Positions 31,586 to 43,401 of a stretch of DNA of 64,000 nt are shown here, piece by piece (the stretch's first letter is position 1; each line of letters opens with the position of its first letter). The stretch is from the NCBI GenBank assembly GCA_902531245.1, contig CACADH010000004.1, positions 21,197 to 85,196 on the forward strand, in the 5' to 3' direction. This DNA comes from an uncultured SAR86 cluster bacterium. Lineage in GTDB: Bacteria; Pseudomonadota; Gammaproteobacteria; Magnimaribacterales; D2472. The position numbers were made by a program, and so were the translations under genes. Under the pieces are notes generated by a model. It searched no databases. It was not told the DNA's origin and saw only the letters and a list, made by a program, of their open reading frames with translations.

Positions 31586-34500
31586 TTAATTATTTATTTC
31601 TTGGAGGGTGTCGTAAGTCCAATTTTCTTCATTACTCTTAAATGCATCAATTATTGCAAAAGCCCCAAACATAGTAGTTGTACAAAAAATTTTATTTCTT
31701 AATGCGCTTTGCCTTATCGAAGCAGAATCCTTAATAGACTGTGATCCTTCAGTTGTATTAATAACCAAATCAATCTGATTATTTAATAAGCTGTCAACGA
31801 TATGAGGTCTTCCTTCTGTAACTTTATTTATAGTTTCAACTTCATATCCTAATTTTTCTATGTGATTGGCAGTTCCTGCAGTTGCTACAATTTTAAATCC
31901 AGCACTAATTATCTCTGGTACAAATTTATCAAGGTATTTTTTATCAGATGATTTAACACTAATAAATACAACACCCGATCTTCTGAGAATCTTATTTGCT
32001 CCTTTTTGAGCTTTTGCATAAGCCTCTCCAAAATTTGGCCCAATACCCATAACTTCTCCAGTAGATTTCATTTCAGGGCCCAAAATTGGATCAACATGAG
32101 GAAATTTATCAAATGGCATTACAGCTTCTTTTACAAAAAATAAGCCATCGGGCAACTTTGATGAAAAACCTTGATCTTTAAGAGTTTTTCCAATCATTGC
32201 TTTTGAAGCAACTTTTGCAAGAGAGGTACCAATAGCTTTTGAAATAAATGGGACTGTTCTTGAAGCACGTGGATTAACTTCGATTATATAAACCTCATCG
32301 TCTTTAATTGCAAATTGAATATTCATTAATCCTATTACTTTTAGTTCGTTAGCAATATTGATTGCTTGTTCTTTCATTTCTTTTTGAACTTTTTCTGAAA
32401 GGCTATATGGGGGTAATGAACATGCAGAATCTCCGGAATGTATTCCTGCTTGTTCTATATGTTGAAGAATGCCGCCAATTTCAATATTTTTTCCATCCGA
32501 AACAACGTCTACATCCACCTCAATAGCATCAGTAAGATAGGTATCTAAAAGAATTGGTTTACTATTTGAGACTTCAACAGCCTCATTTAAATATTTATTA
32601 AGCTCTTGCATATTATTTACAAGCTGCATAGCTCTTCCGCCAAGAACATACGACGGTCTAACAACAATCGGAAACCCGATCTTTTCAGCCTTTTTAAGAG
32701 CCTCTTTTAAGTTCTTTGCAGTTGCATTAGTGGGTTGTTTCAGATCTAGTTTATTTACTAATTCTTGGAATCTCTCCCTATCTTCAGATCTGTCTATAGC
32801 ATCAACATTAGTGCCTAAAATTTTTACGCCTTTTTCTGAAAGCACATCTGCAAGTTTTAAAGGAGTTTGCCCTCCAAACTGAATGATAACTCCCTCAGGA
32901 TCTTCAATATCAATAATATCTAATATTTTTTCAGCTGTTATTGGTTCAAAATATAGTCTGTTAGAAACATCGTAATCAGTAGAAACTGTTTCTGGATTGC
33001 AATTTACCATAATAGATTCATATCCTTCCTCTTGCATTGCCAATGAAGCATGAACACAGCAATAATCAAATTCAATACCTTGGCCAATCCTATTAGGTCC
33101 GCTGCCTATAACTAGTATTTTTTTCTTTAAAGTTGGATCGCTTTCACATTTTCCACCATATGTTGAATACATGTAACATGTTGATGTTGCGAACTCTGCA
33201 GCGCACGTATCTACACGTCTATAAATTGGACGAATTTTATGTTTTTTTCTATGTTTTCTTAGATTATCTTCAGTTTCTCCAATCATTTCAGCTATTCTGC
33301 TATCTGAAAATCCTTTTTCTTTTATCTCTTGAATATAATCTTTATTTAACTCATCAATACTTAAGCTACTTAATTTTTCTTCAATCTTAATTAATTCTTC
33401 GATTTGATCTAGAAACCAATAATCAATTTTGGTTAGAGAGTAAATTTTTTCAATATCCCAGCCTTTTCGAATTGCATCTGCAATATAAAATATTCTTTTA
33501 GGTCCTGGAATTGTTAATTCACTTTTAATATCTTCATCAGATGGAAAATTCGAATTTTCAAATAAAGAATTAAGTCCATTTAATCCTTCTTCCATGCTGC
33601 ATAAAGCTTTTTGAAATGATTCTTGAAAGTTTGATCCCATTGACATTACTTCTCCAACAGATTTCATTTGGGTTGTAAGCTTTGGACTAGCTTGTGGAAA
33701 TTTCTCAAATGCAAATTTTGGTATCTTTGTAACTATATAATCAATACTAGGCTCAAAAGATGCAGGAGTAAGGCCCCCGGTGATATCATTTTTTAACTCA
33801 TCCAATGTATAACCAACTGATAATAATGCAGCAACTTTTGCAATTGGGAAACCAGTAGCCTTAGATGCTAATGCAGAAGACCTGCTAACACGTGGATTCA
33901 TTTCTATGACAACCATCTTTCCATTATCAGGATTCACTGCAAATTGAACGTTAGATCCTCCAGTATCAACACCAATTTCTCTTAAAATTTTAAAAGATGC
34001 ATTTCTCATTAACTGATACTCTTTATCAGTCAAAGTTTGTGCTGGAGCAATCGTAGTTGAGTCGCCAGTATGAATGCCCATCGGATCTAAATTTTCAATA
34101 GAGCAAACTATGATGCAATTATCTTCACAATCTCTTACCACTTCCATCTCATATTCTTTCCAACCAATTAAAGACTCATCAATAAGAAGTTCATTTGTAG
34201 GAGATAATTCTAAGCCTTTCTCACAAATTGTTTTAAATTCTGAGATATTATAGGCAATACCTCCTCCTGTGCCTCCCATGGTAAATGATGGCCTTATAAT
34301 GCATGGAAAGCCTATTTTTGTTTGAACTTCTAAAGCATCATTCATTGAATGAGCAATACCTGATGCTGGAGTCTCAAGATTAATTGTTTTCATTGTTTCA
34401 TCAAAAAGTTGTCTATCCTCTGCTTTATCAATAGCCACCCTATTTGCTCCAATCAAAATAACATTATGTTTTTCTAATATTCCCTCTTTATCTAATGTTA

Positions 34501-34798
34501 GTGCAGTGTTTAAGGCTGTCTGTCCTCCCATAGTTGGCAAAATTGCATCTGGTTTTTCTTTTTCAATAATTTTTGTAACAGACTCCCAATGAATTGGTTC
34601 AATATATGTCGCGTCAGCCATTAATGGATCAGTCATAATTGTTGCTGGATTAGAATTAACTAAAATTACTCTAAACCCTTCCTCTTTAAGAGCCTTACAA
34701 GCTTGTGCGCCGGAGTAATCAAATTCACATGCCTGACCAATAATAATTGGTCCTGCACCAATTATAAGTATAGAAGATATATCTTTACGTTTTGGCAT
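31586..34798 (-). CDS. carB: Carbamoyl-phosphate synthase large subunit
   Basis: 1070 aa with a duplicated ATP-grasp architecture ([19 protein letters not shown], then a second [16 protein letters not shown]) and a C-terminal MGS-like domain. Confidence 0.98.
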   Translation of the reverse strand: MPKRKDISSILIIGAGPIIIGQACEFDYSGAQACKALKEEGFRVILVNSNPATIMTDPLMADATYIEPIHWESVTKIIEKEKPDAILPTMGGQTALNTALTLDKEGILEKHNVILIGANRVAIDKAEDRQLFDETMKTINLETPASGIAHSMNDALEVQTKIGFPCIIRPSFTMGGTGGGIAYNISEFKTICEKGLELSPTNELLIDESLIGWKEYEMEVVRDCEDNCIIVCSIENLDPMGIHTGDSTTIAPAQTLTDKEYQLMRNASFKILREIGVDTGGSNVQFAVNPDNGKMVVIEMNPRVSRSSALASKATGFPIAKVAALLSVGYTLDELKNDITGGLTPASFEPSIDYIVTKIPKFAFEKFPQASPKLTTQMKSVGEVMSMGSNFQESFQKALCSMEEGLNGLNSLFENSNFPSDEDIKSELTIPGPKRIFYIADAIRKGWDIEKIYSLTKIDYWFLDQIEELIKIEEKLSSLSIDELNKDYIQEIKEKGFSDSRIAEMIGETEDNLRKHRKKHKIRPIYRRVDTCAAEFATSTCYMYSTYGGKCESDPTLKKKILVIGSGPNRIGQGIEFDYCCVHASLAMQEEGYESIMVNCNPETVSTDYDVSNRLYFEPITAEKILDIIDIEDPEGVIIQFGGQTPLKLADVLSEKGVKILGTNVDAIDRSEDRERFQELVNKLDLKQPTNATAKNLKEALKKAEKIGFPIVVRPSYVLGGRAMQLVNNMQELNKYLNEAVEVSNSKPILLDTYLTDAIEVDVDVVSDGKNIEIGGILQHIEQAGIHSGDSACSLPPYSLSEKVQKEMKEQAINIANELKVIGLMNIQFAIKDDEVYIIEVNPRASRTVPFISKAIGTSLAKVASKAMIGKTLKDQGFSSKLPDGLFFVKEAVMPFDKFPHVDPILGPEMKSTGEVMGIGPNFGEAYAKAQKGANKILRRSGVVFISVKSSDKKYLDKFVPEIISAGFKIVATAGTANHIEKLGYEVETINKVTEGRPHIVDSLLNNQIDLVINTTEGSQSIKDSASIRQSALRNKIFCTTTMFGAFAIIDAFKSNEENWTYDTLQEINN

Positions 34799-35906
34799 AC
34801 TCTCTTACCATTAAACTAAATTTTTTAAAAAGAATTTGTATCTCTTGAGGGCCAGGACTTGCTTCAGGATGACCTTGAAAACTGAATGCAGGGGCATCAT
34901 TAAATTCTATACCTTGTAAAGATTGATCAAAAAGAGATAAATGTGTAACTTTAATATTTGAGGGTAAAGTCTTTTCGTCAACTGCAAAACCATGATTTTG
35001 GCTAGTTATAAAAACATCTTTAGTCATGATATCTTGAACTGGGTGATTGGCCCCATGGTGACCAAATTTCATCTTATATGTTTTGGCGCCCCCTGCAAGC
35101 GCCAATAATTGATGGCCAAGACATATCCCAAAAATTGGAAGCTTTTGCATTAAACATTTCTTTATATTTTTAATAGCATAATCACAAGGCTCTGGATCAC
35201 CTGGGCCATTGGATAAAAAAATACCTTTTGGATTTAACTTAATAATTTCTTCAAATGGAGTTTTAGCATTCACTACATGTACTTTTCCAACATGCTCAGT
35301 CAAAAGCCTTAAAATATTCTCTTTAATTCCATAATCATATGCAACCACTGAAAAAGATTCATCAGACTTTTTATTTTTAGGCCAAATGCCTTTATTCCAT
35401 TCATATTTTGATTCTGTTGATACTACTTTTGCTAAATCCATTCCTTTAAGGCCATCAAAATCTTTAGCTGCTGAGATTGCCTCTTCTTCCGTTATCAGTG
35501 TTGAAGATGCTATACAGCAATTCATAGCTCCCTTTTCTCTTAAGAGTGTTGTAATTTCTCTGGTATCAACCTCTGATATTCCTATAATTTCGTTCTCAAT
35601 TAAAAAATCTTCCAACGAGGCTTTTGATCTCCAATTACTTGGTTTAGAACAATAATTCTTTACAACTATGCCAGAAGCATGAATGATACTTGATTCCATG
35701 TCTTCATAATTGATTCCGGTATTTCCTATATGAGGATGAGTAAATGTAATAATTTGTTTTTTATAGGACGGGTCTGTAATAATTTCTTGATAACCAGTCA
35801 TCGATGTATTGAAGACTAATTCACCTACATCAAATTTCTCTTTCCCAAAACCCCTTCCATGGAATACACTACCGTCTTCAAATGCTAAAATTGCCTTGAA
35901 TGACAT
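34785..35906 (-). CDS. carA: Carbamoyl-phosphate synthase small (glutaminase) subunit
   Basis: Class I amidotransferase triad region [32 protein letters not shown]. 14-nt overlap with carB. Confidence 0.97.
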   Translation of the reverse strand: MSFKAILAFEDGSVFHGRGFGKEKFDVGELVFNTSMTGYQEIITDPSYKKQIITFTHPHIGNTGINYEDMESSIIHASGIVVKNYCSKPSNWRSKASLEDFLIENEIIGISEVDTREITTLLREKGAMNCCIASSTLITEEEAISAAKDFDGLKGMDLAKVVSTESKYEWNKGIWPKNKKSDESFSVVAYDYGIKENILRLLTEHVGKVHVVNAKTPFEEIIKLNPKGIFLSNGPGDPEPCDYAIKNIKKCLMQKLPIFGICLGHQLLALAGGAKTYKMKFGHHGANHPVQDIMTKDVFITSQNHGFAVDEKTLPSNIKVTHLSLFDQSLQGIEFNDAPAFSFQGHPEASPGPQEIQILFKKFSLMVREYAKT

Positions 35907-36059
35907 TAGAAATTCTCCTCAAAACAAGGGAAAATGAAGAAAAATTTAGGGATACTATTTAAAGAATTTTTTAATTTTAATGAGCTAAAATTATATGCTG
36001 ACATTAAAATTGTACTTTATAGATTAAGTTGTCTATTGTCTATATATAAATGAAAAAAA

Positions 36060-36827
36060 ATGGAAAAATTAATAAAAACAACTGAGGATATCCAAAAAAT
36101 GAGAGTTGCTGGAAGATTGGCAGCAGAAGTTCTAGAAGTGATCACTCCTAAAGTTGTTCCAGGAATATCAACAGGAGAGTTAGATAAATTATGCTACGAA
36201 CATATTATAAATGTTCAAAATGCAATTCCTGCAAATGTCGGATATAAGGGTTATGAAAAAACAATCTGCTCTAGCATTAACCAAGTAATATGCCATGGCA
36301 TTCCAAGTAATGAAAAAATTCTTAGAGATGGAGACATCTTAAATATTGACGTAACTGTGATAAAAGATGGATGGCACGGAGATACTTCAAAGATGTTTCT
36401 TGTTGGTAAGTGCGCTCCACACAATGAAAGATTAGTTAAAATTACTCAAGAATGTCTATATAAAGGTATTGAAGTTGTAAGACCTGGAGCATATCTTGGA
36501 GATATAGGAAGTGCTATACAAAAACATGCTGAAAGCAATTACTACAGTGTTGTTGAAGATTATTGTGGTCATGGTATTGGTGCTGTCTATCATGAGGAGC
36601 CTCAAGTTCTTCATTATGGAAAATCTGGAAGTGGCATACAGCTTAAGGAAGGAATGTGCTTTACCATAGAACCAATGATTAATCAGGGTACAAAATATTG
36701 CAAAACTCTTAAAGATGGATGGACGGTTGAAACCAAAGATGGAAGAAATTCCGCTCAATGGGAACATACTATTGTGGTTACGAGAGATGGTTCAGAGATC
36801 CTTACTAAAAGAAATGAAGAGCTTTAA
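36060..36827 (+). CDS. map: Type I methionine aminopeptidase
   Basis: GDILNIDVT, GHGIG, FTIEP and QWEHT metal-ligand motifs. 255 aa. Confidence 0.96.
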   Translation: MEKLIKTTEDIQKMRVAGRLAAEVLEVITPKVVPGISTGELDKLCYEHIINVQNAIPANVGYKGYEKTICSSINQVICHGIPSNEKILRDGDILNIDVTVIKDGWHGDTSKMFLVGKCAPHNERLVKITQECLYKGIEVVRPGAYLGDIGSAIQKHAESNYYSVVEDYCGHGIGAVYHEEPQVLHYGKSGSGIQLKEGMCFTIEPMINQGTKYCKTLKDGWTVETKDGRNSAQWEHTIVVTRDGSEILTKRNEEL

Positions 36828-39334
36828 TGAAAGAAAAAATACAATCAATTAATAAAGAATTCTATAAAAATTTTCAAGAAATATACTCGAAACCTTCAAA
36901 AACAAATAAATATCTAAAAAAATATTCAAATATTGTAGAAAAAGATATAAAAAATAAATTTCTTGAATTAAATCTTGACCAAGATTTTGTGATATATGCT
37001 AATGGTGGATTTGGAAGAAAAGAAATTTTTCCTAATTCTGACATTGATTTATCAATTGTTGAAAAAAATAAAATTAAAGATTTTACAAATCTAGAAAAAT
37101 TTATCTCTTTATTGTGGGATGAAGGATATAAAATCGGACACTCAGTAAGATCGATATCTCACATCAAAAAAATATCAAAAGAAGATTTAAAAGAATTTAC
37201 TTCATATTTAACAAGAAGACCTATTATCTCATGCGATGAAATAGATATAAAAATTTCTAAAGCTCTTTCAAGGTTATGGACAAAAAACAACTTTTATAAC
37301 GGGAAATATATTGAACAACAGCAGCGCCATAGTGAATTTTTTTCAACTGCGTATAACTTAGAACCAGATTTAAAAGAATCTCCAGGAACTTTAAGGGATT
37401 TCCAATCAGCTTTATGGATTCTTCAACATTGCTTTGAACTTAGTTCTGTCGAAGAAATCTCAAAATCAAGATTACTAAATGGAGAATTAAATAATGCAAT
37501 AGATGCTTACAACTTTATAAAATCTTTAAGATTTGCAACAAATATAACCACAAAAAAAAATCGTCTTAATTTTGAAGCCCAGATTGAGATTGCTAAGAAG
37601 GCTAAATTGAGCAAAAGAAATTCTACAAAATCTGTGGAAATAATGATGAAGAAGTTTTATGAGATGGCTTCAATACTTTCCTATTTTAATGACATTGTCT
37701 TTGAAAAATATAATGAAAAGTTTCCAAGAAATTATTTTAAAAAAGTTACTGGAATATATAAATATAAAAATAAAATTGGGATTCAAAATATAAACCTTAA
37801 AAAAAATAAGAATCTGATATTTGAAATTTTTATTGAAATTGGTAAAAGTAAAAAAATAAATATTATTGATACTGTTACAAAATCATTAATTAAAAAAAAT
37901 ATTAACTTAATTGATAAAGAATTTAGAAATAATAGAATTTATGCAGAACAGTTTTTAACCATATTAAGATCCAAATACAATTTATCATCAATTTTAAGAA
38001 CCATGAAAACATTGGGAGTTCTTCAGAAATATATTCCTGAATTTTCTGAAGTTATAGGTCAAATGCAGTTTGATTTATTTCATACCTACACAGTAGATGA
38101 GCATACTTTTAAAGTTGTTAGAAATATTAGACAGATGAAACTTTATAAACAAAGTGGATTTGAACTTGAGCATGAGTTAGTTAATAAATTACCAAAGCTA
38201 GAAATCCTTTATATTGCTGGTTTGTTTCATGATTTAGGAAAAGGAAAAGGAGGAAATCATTCAGAAATTGGTGCAAAAACAAGCTATAAATTTGCAAAAA
38301 GACTTGGAATGTCGGAAACGGATGCAAATTTAATATCTTGGTTGGTAAAAGAGCATCTAATAATGTCGTCTATATCGCAAAAGAAAGACATTTCTGAGCA
38401 AGAAACTGTAGATGAATTTGCACTAATTATAGAACAAAGCGAAAAGTTGGACTATCTATACTTATTGACAGTAAATGATATTAGGGCAACAAATCCTGCC
38501 CTATGGAATGGATGGAAACATCAACTATTAAAAGATCTCTATTTGCTTACAAGATCAAAGATAAATAAAGAGCCAATGAAAGTTTCATCTGAAATAGCAA
38601 AAGATAGGAAGGAAAATGTTCTAGATAATTTTCCTGACGAGGGAGAAAGAAAATTACTTAATGAATACTTTTCATGCCTTGATGATAGTTATTTGAATAA
38701 AAATGCAACAAAAGAATTGAGTTGGCAATCTGAATTAATTATTAAAAATAAAAATAGCGAACTTATTGTGGGATGTAAAAAAAGATTTGATAACTTAATT
38801 GAAATATTTATTAAGGTTCAAGACTTTCCTGGTCTTTTCTACAAATTAACTAAAATACTAGAGCATTCTGGTCTTGAAATAATAGATGCAAATATTTTTA
38901 CATCAAATAATAATTCATTTGCTGCAAATACTTTCATCTCAAAATATTCTCATCATGATAGACCTTTTAATCTATCTGAATTAAATGAACTTGCTTTAAG
39001 GATTCAAAACAATTTCAAAAAATTTGATAAGATTGCTAATCCTGATAATCAAGTTAAAAAGAAATCTAATTTTATAAAAGTTGTTAATATCTCAGATTTC
39101 ATAAATAAAGAAAAAAAACGTAATCTAATAACTGTTGAAACTGTTGACAGCCAAGGTTTGCTAGCTAATATTGCAAAGGTATTTTTAGAAAATAAGGTCT
39201 CAATCTTTTCTGCAAGAATTAATACTTTGGGAGAAAGAGTTGAAGATACTTTTGAAATTGAGAATTATGATAAGAAGATGGTTCCAAAATATAAAGTTAA
39301 AAAAATTATATCGGACTTATCAAAAATAGTTTAA
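36827..39334 (+). CDS. glnD: Bifunctional [protein-PII] uridylyltransferase/uridylyl-removing enzyme
   Basis: Nucleotidyltransferase motif GGFGRKEIFPNSDIDL, HD domain (LFHDLGKG) and two C-terminal ACT-like segments. map-glnD synteny. 835 aa. Confidence 0.9.
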   Translation: MKEKIQSINKEFYKNFQEIYSKPSKTNKYLKKYSNIVEKDIKNKFLELNLDQDFVIYANGGFGRKEIFPNSDIDLSIVEKNKIKDFTNLEKFISLLWDEGYKIGHSVRSISHIKKISKEDLKEFTSYLTRRPIISCDEIDIKISKALSRLWTKNNFYNGKYIEQQQRHSEFFSTAYNLEPDLKESPGTLRDFQSALWILQHCFELSSVEEISKSRLLNGELNNAIDAYNFIKSLRFATNITTKKNRLNFEAQIEIAKKAKLSKRNSTKSVEIMMKKFYEMASILSYFNDIVFEKYNEKFPRNYFKKVTGIYKYKNKIGIQNINLKKNKNLIFEIFIEIGKSKKINIIDTVTKSLIKKNINLIDKEFRNNRIYAEQFLTILRSKYNLSSILRTMKTLGVLQKYIPEFSEVIGQMQFDLFHTYTVDEHTFKVVRNIRQMKLYKQSGFELEHELVNKLPKLEILYIAGLFHDLGKGKGGNHSEIGAKTSYKFAKRLGMSETDANLISWLVKEHLIMSSISQKKDISEQETVDEFALIIEQSEKLDYLYLLTVNDIRATNPALWNGWKHQLLKDLYLLTRSKINKEPMKVSSEIAKDRKENVLDNFPDEGERKLLNEYFSCLDDSYLNKNATKELSWQSELIIKNKNSELIVGCKKRFDNLIEIFIKVQDFPGLFYKLTKILEHSGLEIIDANIFTSNNNSFAANTFISKYSHHDRPFNLSELNELALRIQNNFKKFDKIANPDNQVKKKSNFIKVVNISDFINKEKKRNLITVETVDSQGLLANIAKVFLENKVSIFSARINTLGERVEDTFEIENYDKKMVPKYKVKKIISDLSKIV

Positions 39335-39339
39335 TTATT

Positions 39340-40254
39340 ATGAAGATTTTAGGAATAGGAATTGCAAATAAATCTAACTCAGGAGAGATTCTTGACGTTT
39401 ACTTTTCTAATATAGAATTTGGTGACATTAAAGTTAAAAACAAAAATTATGAAAAAAAATTAAGTACTCATGAAAATATTCAACTTAATTGGACAAAAGA
39501 CGATCTAGAGAAACCAATACAGAATGTTCAAGAGGCTTATTTAAAGTTGCATCTGCTTTCTTATAAGTTTGTTTTACCTAATACTATTAATTTAGAAGGA
39601 TTATTTTCATGCCTTCCAAATGTCGCATGGACAAATAAAGGTCCGGTTTCAGTTGATGAGATAGATGAAATACTCAGTCAATCAAAGTATCGTGAAAACG
39701 ATCTTTACATAAAATCTTTAGATAAATTTCCGTGTCTAACAGACTACATTATTCCAAAAAAAGTGAGAATAGCAGACACAAGTAGAGTTAGATTAGGAGC
39801 ATATTTAAGTGAGGGAACAACCGTAATGCATGAAGGCTTTGTAAACTTTAATGCTGGAACACTAGGAAAAGCAATGATTGAAGGAAGAATTTCTGCTGGT
39901 GTTATTGTAGGAAACAATTCTGATCTTGGTGGGGGTTCAAGCACAATGGGAACACTTTCTGGTGGCAACAACACAAAAATATCTATTGGTGAAAACTGCT
40001 TATTAGGTGCAAATTCTGGCATTGGTATATCTTTAGGTAATAACTGTATTGTTGAAGCTGGACTTTACATTACTGCTGGAACTAAAGTAAATATATTAGA
40101 TGATAAAAATAATTTGGAGGATGTCTTTAGAGCAAGAGAACTATCTGGAAAGTCAAATCTTCTTTTTCTCAGAGATTCTCTCTCTGGTAAAGTAATCGCC
40201 AAAAAAAATAAAATTAAATCATCTTTAAATAAAGAACTTCATAAAAATGATTGA
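39340..40254 (+). CDS. dapD: 2,3,4,5-tetrahydropyridine-2,6-dicarboxylate N-succinyltransferase
   Basis: Left-handed beta-helix hexapeptide repeats with GGGSSTMGTLSGGN, typical of DapD. Adjacent to dapE. Confidence 0.85.
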   Translation: MKILGIGIANKSNSGEILDVYFSNIEFGDIKVKNKNYEKKLSTHENIQLNWTKDDLEKPIQNVQEAYLKLHLLSYKFVLPNTINLEGLFSCLPNVAWTNKGPVSVDEIDEILSQSKYRENDLYIKSLDKFPCLTDYIIPKKVRIADTSRVRLGAYLSEGTTVMHEGFVNFNAGTLGKAMIEGRISAGVIVGNNSDLGGGSSTMGTLSGGNNTKISIGENCLLGANSGIGISLGNNCIVEAGLYITAGTKVNILDDKNNLEDVFRARELSGKSNLLFLRDSLSGKVIAKKNKIKSSLNKELHKND

Positions 40255-41374
40255 GCTTCTTCAAAATCTAGTACAAATTAAATCAATATCTCCAAAAGAT
40301 ATGGGTTGTTTTGATTTGATTGAAAAAGAATTAGAAGACTTAAACTTCAATATAGAAAGAATTAATTATCAGAATGTTGAAAACTTATATGCAACTATTG
40401 GAACATCTGGAAAATTATTTTGTTTTTTAGGGCATACAGATGTTGTTCCAACTGGTCCTGAAGATAAATGGAAGTATCCACCCTTTTCAGCAACAATTGA
40501 AGGAGATCTTTTGTATGGAAGAGGAACTGCAGATATGAAGGCCCCTGTTGCAGCCTTTGTTGAATCAGCAAAAGAATTTTTAAATTCAACTAGGGAACTT
40601 AATTTCAGGTTAGCAATATTACTTACCTCAAATGAAGAAGGAACCTCTAAGGATGGTTTCATAGATAAGATAATAGATAAAATGATACAAGATAATGAAA
40701 TTATAGATTTCTGTCTTGTTGGAGAGCCGACATCGAGTGAAAAAGTTGCTGATTGTGTAAGAGTTGGTAGAAGAGGTTCACTTGGTGGGAATTTAAAAAT
40801 ATACGGCAAGCAAGGGCATATTGCTTATCCAGAAAAGGTTATAAATCCAATTCTTTTATCAGGCGACTTAATTTCAAAACTAAATAATAAAATTTGGGAC
40901 AATGGAAATACATCTTTTGATCCTACAAGTTTTCAAATTTCTAATATTAAATCAGGCACTGGAGCTCATAATGTTGTTCCAGGAGAATTAGAGCTAACCT
41001 TTAATTTTAGATTTTCACCAGAATCATCTGAAGAAAGTTTAAAAGATAATTTTGAATCCATTCTTAATGATCTAAATTTAAATTGGGACTTAGATTGGGA
41101 TTTAAATGGCAACCCATACTATACAGAGAATGACTTTTTTAAGAATATTGTTTCAAATTCCATTAAAGAAATTACTGGATATATTCCTGAGTTAAATGCA
41201 AAAGGTGGAACTTCTGATGGGCGTTTTGTAGCTAAAATGAATTCTGAAATTATTGAATTAGGTCCTGTAAACAAGTCAATTCATCAAATAGATGAACATG
41301 TAAAAATTAGTGAGCTGTGGACTTTAAAAGATATATATAAAAAAATATTATCTAATCTTAATCAAGCTCTTTAG
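40247..41374 (+). CDS. dapE: Succinyl-diaminopimelate desuccinylase
   Basis: M20 peptidase motifs GHTDVVP, GRGTADMK, NEEG. 375 aa, the typical DapE length. Confidence 0.9.
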   Translation: MIELLQNLVQIKSISPKDMGCFDLIEKELEDLNFNIERINYQNVENLYATIGTSGKLFCFLGHTDVVPTGPEDKWKYPPFSATIEGDLLYGRGTADMKAPVAAFVESAKEFLNSTRELNFRLAILLTSNEEGTSKDGFIDKIIDKMIQDNEIIDFCLVGEPTSSEKVADCVRVGRRGSLGGNLKIYGKQGHIAYPEKVINPILLSGDLISKLNNKIWDNGNTSFDPTSFQISNIKSGTGAHNVVPGELELTFNFRFSPESSEESLKDNFESILNDLNLNWDLDWDLNGNPYYTENDFFKNIVSNSIKEITGYIPELNAKGGTSDGRFVAKMNSEIIELGPVNKSIHQIDEHVKISELWTLKDIYKKILSNLNQAL

Positions 41375-41466
41375 ATTTTTTCTTTCTATCATATTTCGTT
41401 TTGTCTTTATGCGTTTTTGGTTTGTGGAATTTATCCATATTCTTTTTAACTGGATCTTTTTTTCCT

Positions 41467-42951
41467 TTAGTTGGCGCCATGCATTAATTTTTTCAAAATA
41501 GGAGTTATAACTGCTAGTAATATCCCACAACCTATGGCCATAAGACCTACATCTGTATAAACGTCCATGAATGATTGTTTTTGAATACTATCAAAAACCT
41601 CAGAAGAGTTTCCTGAAGACTCTGAAGCTGTAGCTTTTGCAATCAATCCAGCTACATAATTACCAGCTGCTGAGGCAAAAAACCACATCCCCATCATAAA
41701 ACCAACAATCCTTTGGGGTGATAATTTGGTTACAGATGACAATCCAACAGGAGACAAACATAATTCTCCTAAAGTATGTAATAAATAAATTAATATTATC
41801 CAGAGTACTCCTGTTTGAAGACCTTCGGAAGACTTCATGCCGTAAACTAAAGCTAGAAATCCTAATCCAACTAGAATAATACCTATTGAAAATTTTATTG
41901 GGGTCGAGGGCTCCATATTTCTTTTTGCAAGAGCTATCCATAACATTGCAAATAGAGGTGCTATGGTAAAAATAAACCCTGCGTTTAAAGATTGGAACAT
42001 TGATGCTGGAACTTCCCAACCAAAAATAACTCTATCTACTCCTCTATCAGTAAGAATGTTTAAAGATGAGCCAGCTTGTTCAAAAAGTGCCCAAAAAATC
42101 AGAGAAAATAATATTAATATTCCAACTACTATTAAACGATCTCTTTCTTCAGGATCGCATCTAAATAAGGCATATAATAGCCATGCTCCAATAAAAACAA
42201 CTCCAAATCCACCCAAAAGTTGACCTACAAGTTGTGAGTTTTGAACTAAAAACCATGTTGCAACAACCATTAGAATACCTGACATATAGGCCCAATATTC
42301 ATATGTAATTCCTTTCAAACCAGGTACTTTTTCTAAATATTTTTTAGATGGAGGTTCTGCAAGGCCTTCAAGATATTTTTGGCCCCATAAGAAAATTATC
42401 AAACCAAATAACATCCCAATACCTGCTGCACCAAATCCATATGCCCAACCAACTTGCTCTCCTAAATAACCACATAAAAGGGTTGCGGTGAATGCACCTA
42501 TATTTATACCCATGTAAAAAATAGTAAAACCGGAATCTCTTCTTGGATCACCCTCATCATACAATGCTCCAACCATAGTAGAAATATTTGGTTTTAAGAA
42601 GCCAACTCCAGAAACGATTAATGCAAGTGATAAATAAAATATTTGCTCACTATTTTCTATAGTCATTCCTAAGTGGCCAAAAACCAATAGTATCGCACCA
42701 TATGTAACTGCTTTTTTTGAGCCCAAAATTTGGTCTGCCAACATTCCTCCAAATACTGGCATTATGTATACTAAAGAAGTATATGCGCCATAAATCAAAT
42801 AACTTGTTGCATCAGAGAATTCCCAATGCTTAGTTAAATACAGTATTAAAAGTGCTCTCATTCCATAATAAGAGAATCTTTCCCACATCTCAGTTGCAAA
42901 ACAAACAAATAAGCCTTTTGGGTGTCCTAAAAAATCAGAAGTTGTGCTCAT
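41467..42951 (-). CDS. POT/PTR2-family proton-dependent di-/tripeptide transporter
   Basis: Signature E-x-x-ERFSYYGMRALL near the N-terminus. About 12-14 hydrophobic segments. 494 aa. Confidence 0.88.
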   Translation of the reverse strand: MSTTSDFLGHPKGLFVCFATEMWERFSYYGMRALLILYLTKHWEFSDATSYLIYGAYTSLVYIMPVFGGMLADQILGSKKAVTYGAILLVFGHLGMTIENSEQIFYLSLALIVSGVGFLKPNISTMVGALYDEGDPRRDSGFTIFYMGINIGAFTATLLCGYLGEQVGWAYGFGAAGIGMLFGLIIFLWGQKYLEGLAEPPSKKYLEKVPGLKGITYEYWAYMSGILMVVATWFLVQNSQLVGQLLGGFGVVFIGAWLLYALFRCDPEERDRLIVVGILILFSLIFWALFEQAGSSLNILTDRGVDRVIFGWEVPASMFQSLNAGFIFTIAPLFAMLWIALAKRNMEPSTPIKFSIGIILVGLGFLALVYGMKSSEGLQTGVLWIILIYLLHTLGELCLSPVGLSSVTKLSPQRIVGFMMGMWFFASAAGNYVAGLIAKATASESSGNSSEVFDSIQKQSFMDVYTDVGLMAIGCGILLAVITPILKKLMHGAN

Positions 42952-42990
42952 AGTAATTTATTTTTTTTAATAATTTAGTACTATACCAAA

Positions 42991-43401
42991 ATGAATGACA
43001 AATCATATGTTGTATTTCCTTTAAAAAGAATTGCTGCATCTATTTATGACCTTTTTCTTCTTTTAGGTGTTTGGTTTGCTGTGGGGTCATTCGCCGTATG
43101 GATTAATGGAGGAATAATTGAAGCAAAATGGATTGGCCCATTTCTAGTCCTTATAAGCACATGGATTTTTTATGGTTATTTTTGGACTCATGGAGGAAAA
43201 ACACTTGGTATGGCTGTTTGGAAATTTGAAATTTATAGCATTGATGAAAATAAAATAAATTTTCAAAAAGTTTCAATAAGATTTTTTTCAAATGTGATTA
43301 CAGTTCTTTTGGGAGGAACCCCATTAATATTAATGTATTTTTCAAAAAATAATTTGTCTCTTAGCGACTACCTATCAAAAACTTCTTATAAGAAGATTTA
43401 A
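42991..43401 (+). CDS. RDD family membrane protein
   Basis: 136 aa with an R-x(6)-D-x-like N-terminal motif (KRIAASIYD) and three hydrophobic segments. Family-level call only. Confidence 0.6.
   Translation: MNDKSYVVFPLKRIAASIYDLFLLLGVWFAVGSFAVWINGGIIEAKWIGPFLVLISTWIFYGYFWTHGGKTLGMAVWKFEIYSIDENKINFQKVSIRFFSNVITVLLGGTPLILMYFSKNNLSLSDYLSKTSYKKI

Noticed and set aside
35907-36059. Regulatory sites (ARG/PurR-type boxes) and a TTGTCTA tandem repeat in the carA-map divergent region
   Set aside because: There are only short AT-rich repeats (TTGTCTA x2 at 36029-36042) and no match I could defend to the ArgR or PepA operator consensus. This is too weak in this base composition.
40369-40809. 146-aa and 64-aa minus-strand ORFs within dapE
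   Set aside because: They are antisense to a well-supported M20 peptidase gene and have low-complexity composition.
41348-41530. 60-aa minus-strand ORF (MWDITSSYNSYFEKINAWRQ...)
   Set aside because: Its first third overlaps the C-terminus of the POT transporter in another frame and it has no RBS. The alternative 40-codon frame in the same gap is reported as a low-interest finding instead.
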